DNA of 32,000 nt from Wallemia ichthyophaga EXF-994 (Eukaryota > Fungi > Basidiomycota), in the NCBI RefSeq assembly GCF_000400465.1, contig NW_008806300.1, forward strand, positions 32,571 to 64,570, written 5' to 3'. How positions within the stretch are numbered: the first letter of the stretch is position 1; each line of letters begins with the position of its first letter. Position numbers and translations under genes: made by a program. Positions 24,700 to 32,000 of this stretch are shown here, one piece after another. The notes below the pieces were generated by a model. The model was not told the origin of the DNA and ran no database searches. It saw only the letters and a program-made list of their open reading frames with translations.

Positions 24700-25943
24700 T
24701 GATGTACCTTTTGCATAATGAGTCAGCGAGTAAATATTAATAGCAAGATATAAAAGAAGTCCTAGTGAAAACGACTTAATCATTTTTAATGGTTATGGTA
24801 GAAGTTATTAATATTTGACCCGAAACCTTAAGATTTAGCCATGGTCAGATTTATTGGATCGAACAGGTGAGTGTTGCAAAACTCTCTGATGAACTGTGGC
24901 TGGCGAAGTGAAAGACAAATCTGTTGAGGATAGCTGGTTCTCCACGAAATATATCTTAGTATAGACTGTAAAGAAAAATTCTAATCCTGTACAGCACTGA
25001 TATTCATATCATTTTTGATTAAATAGGGGGGTTTATTAAACTCTACCTTTGAATGTTAACCTCGGAATTGGTTAGAATGATATTACAGATTCAGACTATT
25101 TGTGATAAGGTGGATAGTCAAAAGGGAAACAGCCCTGAACACATGTTAAAGTTCTTAAATTAATATTAAGTGAATGTAAGGATGTTTTAATTCGATGACA
25201 GTTATGAAGTGTATCTGGAAGTCGTAATCTAATAATGAAAGTGTAACAACTCAATAACCTACTGGTATTTTATTTAGAAATAAATAATTTACTGAATTGA
25301 AGCGCCGAAAATTCATAGGATCTTTAAATATTATACTGATACTGTGTTTGCATATAAAAATTATATGTAAGGTAGTGGAGTGTTCTATTATAGGACGAAG
25401 GTTAGTTTTTATATTAACTGGACTTAATAGAAGTAATAATGCTGATATGAGTAACGTAATAACAGGTTAAACCCTGTACCTCTTAAGCGATAGGTTTCTT
25501 ATTAAATGTTAAACAGAATAAGTTTAAACGGTCTCTAAGGTAAATAAACTTATGTTTATGACTGATGAGGAATTTATATAAAAAGTTTTTCTTTTAAAAC
25601 TCAGGAAAATGTATAAATATTCACCGTACTAAAAACCGACACAGGTTCGCGCATAGAGTATATCAAGAGGTGAATCAATTACCCTTAAGGAACTCGGCAA
25701 ATTGCACTCGTACGTTAGACAATAAGAGTGACCACACTAAGTGGTATCATACAATCGGGACCTGCGACTGTTTCCCAAAAACACAGATCTCTGCAACGAT
25801 TAATTTCTTAGTATAGGGATCGAGTCCTGCTCAGTGCCAAGACGCTAAATAGGTAACTCTAATTAATAGTTAGGGAAGACTTATAACGTCTGGTAATCAG
25901 CAGTCTTAACTAAAAGGATTCTAAGGTAGCTAAATTCCTTGGC
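23456..25943 (+). repeat. Tandem duplication 6: 23456-24699 repeated at 24700-25943 (1244 bp)
   Basis: Junction TTCCTTGGC|TGATGTACC. Confidence 0.96.
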
Positions 25944-26203
25944 CTTAAGGAACTCGGCAAATTGCACTCGTACGTTAGACAATAAGAGTGACCACACTAA
26001 GTGGTATCATACAATCGGGACCTGCGACTGTTTCCCAAAAACACAGATCTCTGCAACGATTAATTTCTTAGTATAGGGATCGAGTCCTGCTCAGTGCCAA
26101 GACGCTAAATAGGTAACTCTAATTAATAGTTAGGGAAGTCTTATAACGTCTGGTAAACAGCAGTCTTAACTATAAGGATTCTAAGGTAGCGAAATTCCTT
26201 GGC
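25684..26203 (+). repeat. Tandem duplication 7: 25684-25943 repeated at 25944-26203 (260 bp)
   Basis: Junction TTCCTTGGC|CTTAAGGAACTC. Four substitutions between copies. Confidence 0.95.
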
Positions 26204-26683
26204 CACTAATTATGGTCCTGCATGAATGGAAGCACGATGGGTCCACTGTCTCAAGGGTAAGTTCAGTGAAATTGGAGTGGTCGTGAAGATACGATCTAAC
26301 TGCAGATAGACGGGAAGACCCTATGCAGCTTTACTGCAGCTAACTATTGTAATAGTAAAAATTCCGTTCAGGGTAGATGGTAGTGTATATTAATTTATAC
26401 ACGTTGATGAGACACCATCCTTAATTTTTCACTATTATTCACCTATTATTGGAACAGTAGTTAGTGGGTAGTTTGCTTGGGACGAGCTTCTCTTAAAAGG
26501 TATCAGAGAAATGCAAAGTAAAACCAAGTTCGGATGGAAACCGAAAGATTGTTGTAAATCTAAGTTAATGTAATAGTTTAAGTTTTGCTGACTGTGAGAC
26601 AGATATGTCAATCAGGTACGCAAGTAGGTTATAGTGATCCGCCAGTACCGTATGAGAGGGCTGGCGCTAATTAGATAAAAGCT

Positions 26684-26972
26684 AGGTCTTATAAAATAGA
26701 AAGTTTTATTCCCATATTTATTATCTAATAGATAAGACAAACCATAAAACAAATATAATTTTTTAAGCGTGGCCTTAATCACTGATTAAGAATATAATTT
26801 TATGCTAGAATGTACTAATATTTAGATAGCTAGTAATAATACTAAAAATGTTATATGAATAGTACAAATTAGCAGTTATAATAATTAATTAAGAGATTTT
26901 ATATTATAGCTTATTTTTTATAAGTAAGTATGAATAAATCCATGAATAATCTTTAAATAGATTTATAAATTG
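26684..26972 (+). mobile_element. rnl group I intron (289 nt, no ORF)
   Basis: Removal restores GATAAAAGCT|ACGCTAGGGATAACAG. U at the 5' site, terminal G, putative P7 GATTT/AAATC. Confidence 0.82.
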
Positions 26973-27937
26973 ACGCTAGGGATAACAGCTTTATCCCCGG
27001 AGAGAGTCCATATTGTCCCGGGGGCTTGAGACCTCGATGTCGACTCATCCTAGCTCAGGTGTGCATCAGCACCTAAGAGTTCAACTGTTCGTTGATTAAA
27101 AGGGTACGCGAGTTGGGTTCAGTACGTCGTAAGACAGTACGTTCCCTATCTTCTGCAGTAACAATATGTTAATGTTAGAGCATTATCTAGTACGAAAGGA
27201 CCGATAAATGATCTATCTCTGGTGACACAGTTGTAATTTTTATTGCATTTGCTGTTAAGCTAAATAGATTTGTGAGAAGTTCTGAATGCATCTTAAGAAC
27301 GAAACCAACTAACGGAAACATACTATTCTAATATATTTAGAATAAAAAGAGGAAGACTACCTCTATAGGCAAATAATGTTAATTCGTAAGAATGTAGTTT
27401 GTTTGTACTAATTTTTTATAAATGACTTAACAATTACATATGCTCCATCTTATTAAAAAAAAGAAAACACAAAATAACACAAAAAATCTAAAATTTTTAT
27501 AATCTAAAATTTAATAAATCTATATAAAGTGTACTATACTATATTAATTGGGTGTATAACTTGGTGTATTTTTATTGTCTTTGATATAGGTCATCCATAC
27601 ATATATAATATAAAATATTGCAATAGCAGATAATAACAAAAATATCAGTAATAATATTTAACTTAGTAAAAATTATAACTACTATTATTTTTGTTAATTA
27701 AAAATTTATAATATAATAGTAGATGTTGGTATATTTGTTATAAATGTTGTATATACATTAATATGTAATCCTTAACAGTATATTGTTAATTTATTATAAT
27801 TCTTAATAGTGTATAGGTGTATATAAGATAATACTTTAGTCATCAGCACATGATATAATTATGTTTGGTTTTAATTGTATATAAAAAATATAGGTAATGT
27901 CTCGTTAGTAGTCATCTCTAATTAAAGAGTATGTTAA

Positions 27938-28172
<235 letters not shown>

Positions 28173-28174
<2 letters not shown>

Positions 28175-29458
28175 ATACCATCAATTTGATACTTCCATGT
28201 ATCATTTCTAACAATATTTACTATTTAGTATTTATTGTTAGTAGTCGTCTATACATATTATATATTTTAATTAGAGAGAAAAGAAAATAATTGTTTATAA
28301 AAAAATATAAAATTATAGGTATTAGGTTTAAATTTTTAAAAATCTATAGTACTTGTTACATTTTTATACGTTAATTGTTTGGAAAATATAAAAGTTTTGT
28401 ACTTTAATAGATAATATCTGTTATTTGTATTGTAGTTAAAGAAAAAAGATGATGAAAGGTTTTAACAAATACGGTTTCTACCCTTTGTCTCATTTCTAGT
28501 GTAAATCTTAGACAAAATCTGGATTTATGGATGCAGGTTTATGGTAAAGGTGGTGTTTCTGCATGGTTAAATACTATTACTGGTGACCTTTATATTGGTA
28601 GAGATTTAAGAAGAGCATTAAGTTATCTATCTGATTCTTATAAGAAAACTAATGCCAATACTAGAGTAGTCAAAAATATGGAATAAAATTTTAAGTTTTG
28701 TGTATTAGAAGAATTTGACAAATAGATAAAATCTCGAATAAAGACACTTATGGTGAACTTAAAGTTTACAATAGTGCATTGATTATAGACGTCATGCATA
28801 TCCTGATCTAACTAAATCTGAAAAGATGATGGGTGATAAAAATCACTTTTTTGGTAATAAACATACGGATAGGCTATTCTTTCATAACAAATATAAAAAC
28901 TCCAATTAGACCAAGTGTTGTAGTTGAATGGATTGATCTTAAAAATGAGGAAAAAGGAGTGCAAGTTAGTCTTTCTATTCACATATTAGGTAAGGATTGG
29001 GCTTGAAAACTAATATTCTAAAAGGACTGAAACAAGGTCAGGTAGATATAAAATTCTATCACATACTAATTCTGAAAATAGTAAGAAGTAGTATAGTGTA
29101 TTTTATAAAATTATTATACCTAAAGTTTCATCAGGTTGATATGTGTTGATATTTCTGATATTTATTTAAAAAAAAGATAAGATACCATCAATTTGATACT
29201 TTCATGTATCATTTCTAACAATATCTGCTATTTAGTATTTATTTTTAATCGTCTATACATAATTATTAGATTTATTTACATTGCTATTATAGCAGATTAA
29301 AGAGAATAATTATTTATAATAAAAAATAAAAATTATAGGTATTGGATTTTAAATTTTTTTAATCTATTGTACTTGGAAACAAGTAATATTATACGTTAAT
29401 TGTTTGGATTTATATAAAAGTTTATTACAATAGTATAAATCTTCTATTATTGTAGTTT
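28173..29458 (+). repeat. Diverged direct repeat: ~28173-28438 and ~29180-29458
   Basis: Shared AGATACCATCAATTTGATACTT, ATCATTTCTAACAATAT, AAATTATAGGTATT, ATACGTTAATTGTTTGGA, ATTGTAGTT, with many indels. Confidence 0.85.
28449..29060 (+). pseudogene. Decayed free-standing GIY-YIG homing endonuclease
   Basis: GKGGVSAWLNTITGDLYIG (28543-28599), FKFCVLEE, NUMOD3-like MMGDKNHFFGNKHTD (~28826-28870). Multiple stops and frameshifts. Confidence 0.75.
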
Positions 29459-29528
29459 AATTAATAATTTGTCAAAATTTATAAAATTGAATTTTATTAT
29501 CAATTAACTAGTAAGTAGTAACAGTAGA

Positions 29529-29875
29529 ATGTTTAGATATTTTACTGATTCTCAGTTAGAAATAATTCTAAGTATTTCTCCTATGTTTGACGGAGATGAA
29601 TTTTATGGGAATCGTAATGAAACTGCATGATTTTTAGTAGTTAAAAAGATAGTAAAAGACATAAAAATATAGACTAATTAATACATCTAAAAATTTATAT
29701 TTAGATAAAAAACTCTTAGTTATTTAGAATTAAAATCTAAGACTCATATCGATGAAGTTGTTAAGTTCTTTTATTTTTCTATCCATTAACAGGTTATAAA
29801 GCTACACAATACAACAATTGGATTAAAACTCTATATAAATATAGAAGAAGAAGATGATAATCAATAATAACCCTA
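29529..29875 (+). pseudogene. Decayed LAGLIDADG-type endonuclease fragment
   Basis: Fragments ISPMFDGDE, HIDEVVKFF and YPLTGYKATQYNNWIK (~29780-29830), the last typical of LAGLIDADG C-termini. Confidence 0.55.
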
Positions 29876-30327
29876 ACTTTAATACCTTGATTGTTTGATG
29901 AGATTTGGAGGTGATACTTGGTTAGCTGTCGTATATACATAATATTATATAAACGTAAGAAATATTATTAATAAAAAATTTAAAAGTAATATATTGCATA
30001 ATTAATAAACCAATACCGTATTATAAACTTTTTATAGGTTTGTCTATTTTAGATGAGTTTAGTTTAGTTTAAAAATAGACAATTTTTAACCATTTTTATT
30101 ATATCTAATAGACTTTTTAGGATTTTATTTTTATCATACAATTTAGTTTTATTTTTTTGAATAAATCATAGAATATTTAAAAGATTTAGTGATTTTTGAA
30201 TTATGGAGTTTGTTAATTAAATTTTATTATAGGTAAATATAGTGTAACTTTTATAATATAAAGTTATAATATATACTTAATGGGTTATACTATAGGATTT
30301 TAAAAGGGTCTTTTAGGTCTATAAAAT

Positions 30328-30411
30328 GCAAATATGCTGAAATTGGTAGACAGGCTCGTTTTAGGTACGAGTGACAATTATGTCATGGCGGTTCGAGTCC
30401 GCCTATTTGTA
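30328..30411 (+). tRNA. trnL: tRNA-Leu(UAG)
   Basis: GCAAATA/TATTTGT; CTCGT-TTTAGGT-ACGAG; long variable arm TGACA/TGTCA. Confidence 0.93.
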
Positions 30412-30513
30412 TAAAGTTAAGTTAATATTTCAATATTATATTAATAATAATAAGTAATATATTAATGTTAAAGTCAGTATTATTTAATTTTTATTTTAAT
30501 TTATTTAATTAAT

Positions 30514-30586
30514 GCGTCTTTAGCTAAACGGTCAAAGCGTCCATCTACGAAATGGGAGAATTACGGTTCGATTCCGTAAAGGCGTT
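30514..30586 (+). tRNA. trnR: tRNA-Arg(ACG)
   Basis: GCGTCTT/AAGGCGT; TCCAT-CTACGAA-ATGGG. Confidence 0.92.
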
Positions 30587-31019
30587 AATAATATATCAAT
30601 AACTTCTATAAGTAAATAATATAAAAAGTCATATTAAAAGTCATCCATATATAAAAATAAAAATCATTGAATAATCAAAACTATTTATATTTAGGTAATA
30701 TGGTATTTTAATAAATATCATATTCATATAAATATCATTATATATATATGTATCTTCTACTTAATTATATTTAAAAGTTTATTTAATAATAAAATGTACT
30801 GATCATTATTGATAATAATAAGGTTAATTCATTAATCACTCACTTTATTTCTTTTTATAGATGATAAAAATAATTATTAATGGTATTGGTTATATATGAT
30901 ATATTTTAATCAATATTACACTTATCTTTAATGTATAATATAAAAATAGCTTATATAAATTTAAGTTTTTACAAATATTTTTATCGTCATGTGTTAGTAA
31001 ATAATATAATTTATTAAAT

Positions 31020-31420
31020 ATTTAATTTGATATTCTAGTTTTAATTATAATATTTTTTAATCCCTTCATTTTACTATACTTATAAATTTCATAAAATTAA
31101 TAAACCTATTAAATATTTCTAATCTAAATTTTTCTAATAGTAATCTAGTAATAATATAACTTAATCCTTATTTATTAAATGTATCTAATAGCTATATAAC
31201 TAAATAACTCTATATATTTCATTAATATAAATGCTAGAATACATATATTTATTTATTTTACTGAATTGATAATTAGATATCTATATAAACTAATACTGGT
31301 TATCAACTTTCAATAAAGATAATATATAATCTAATATGTACATAATTTTATTAATTCTCAAGCATATGATTAATATAACTTTTACTGGTTTTACTTTATT
31401 AACTATTACTAATAGGACCT
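31020..31420 (-). pseudogene. Highly decayed GIY-YIG endonuclease remnant
   Basis: Minus-strand fragments VNKVKPVKSYIN, NK*GLS (from KYG), FRLEIF and LKLEYQIK resemble the PVKxY / KYGxxxFxLEI / LKPEYNI pattern. Many stops. Confidence 0.45.
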
Positions 31421-31628
31421 AGCCGAATACTCGTTTACTAACCAGTATATGCAACCAAGGTGAATTTCAACTATTGAACAGTCATCTATCAATAATTTAA
31501 TTCTATTCCTGTGTTAATTTACCTTCTTTCATATCTTGATTAAAAACCTTTTAGTTTCATATATTTTATAATATCTTTAAATTGTTATTTATTTCCTAAT
31601 TGTATTATTACACAACCAATAGATCTTT

Positions 31629-31709
31629 AATATGCTGAAATTGGTAGACAGGCTCGTTTTAGGTACGAGTGACAATTATGTCATGGCGGTTCGAGTCCGC
31701 CTATTTGTA
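31629..31709 (+). pseudogene. trnL: tRNA-Leu(UAG) duplicate missing the first 3 nt of the acceptor stem
   Basis: GCA is replaced by TTT at the junction. Confidence 0.85.
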
Positions 31710-31811
31710 TAAAGTTAAGTTAATATTTCAATATTATATTAATAATAATAAGTAATATATTAATGTTAAAGTCAGTATTATTTAATTTTTATTTTAATTT
31801 ATTTAATTAAT

Positions 31812-31884
31812 GCGTCTTTAGCTAAACGGTCAAAGCGTCCATCTACGAAATGGGAGAATTACGGTTCGATTCCGTAAAGGCGTT
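31812..31884 (+). tRNA. trnR: tRNA-Arg(ACG), duplicate
   Basis: +1298 copy. Confidence 0.88.
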
Positions 31885-32000
31885 AATAATATATCAATAA
31901 CTTCTATAAGTAAATAATATAAAAAGTCATATTAAAAGTCATCCATATATAAAAATAAAAATCATTGAATAATCAAAACTATTTATATTTAGGTAATATG

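Larger units (their letters stand above)
21170..27454 (+). rRNA. rnl: Mitochondrial large-subunit rRNA with three internal tandem duplications and one intron
   Basis: Conserved LSU motifs: GAAAGGAAAAGAAATCAACCGAGAT, GGAACTCGGCAAA, AAGGTAGCGAAATTCCTTG, GGGATAACAG, ACCTCGATGTCG, TAGTACGAAAGGACC. Ends estimated from 5'/3' pairing (AGCATAT/ATATGCT, AATAA/TTATT). Confidence 0.95.
30331..32000 (+). repeat. Tandem duplication 8: unit 30331-31628 (1298 bp), second copy begins at 31629 and runs off the window
   Basis: Junction AGATCTTT|AATATGCTGAAATTGG. Offset 1298. Confidence 0.94.

Noticed and set aside
26973-26990. rps3/S5-containing L2449 intron
   Set aside because: GGGATAACAG is continuous; there is no intron or ORF at that site.

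Overview
AT-rich fungal mitochondrial DNA, probably basidiomycete and possibly Malassezia-like (inference from atp9/atp8/cox1 sequences and the atp9-trnL-trnR cluster). Collapsed gene order: nad5(-, partial), nad4L(-), cox1(+; 10 exons and 9 group I introns, 3 of them with LAGLIDADG ORFs), atp8, cox3 (1 intron), trnH(+), trnF/trnA/trnD(-), trnP, trnI, trnW(CCA), rnl (1 group I intron), atp9, decayed GIY-YIG/LAGLIDADG remnants, trnL(UAG), trnR(ACG). About 13.25 kb (41%) of the window is redundant. There are eight near-identical head-to-tail tandem duplications (4701, 1128, 2119, 1704, 1724, 1244, 260 bp, plus a 1298-bp unit whose second copy is cut by the window end). They share breakpoints and break the rRNA gene, so unmerged assembly overlaps are the most parsimonious explanation; real sub-genomic amplification cannot be excluded without reads. 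The best biological leads are a C-rich motif 25-50 nt downstream of stop codons, very small ORF-less group I introns (173-289 nt), an rnl intron just upstream of the omega site, stacked homing-endonuclease relics separated by a diverged repeat after atp9, a triple yeast-type promoter nonamer upstream of rnl, and a tRNA-like minihelix before cox3. I found no clearly novel multi-gene system.
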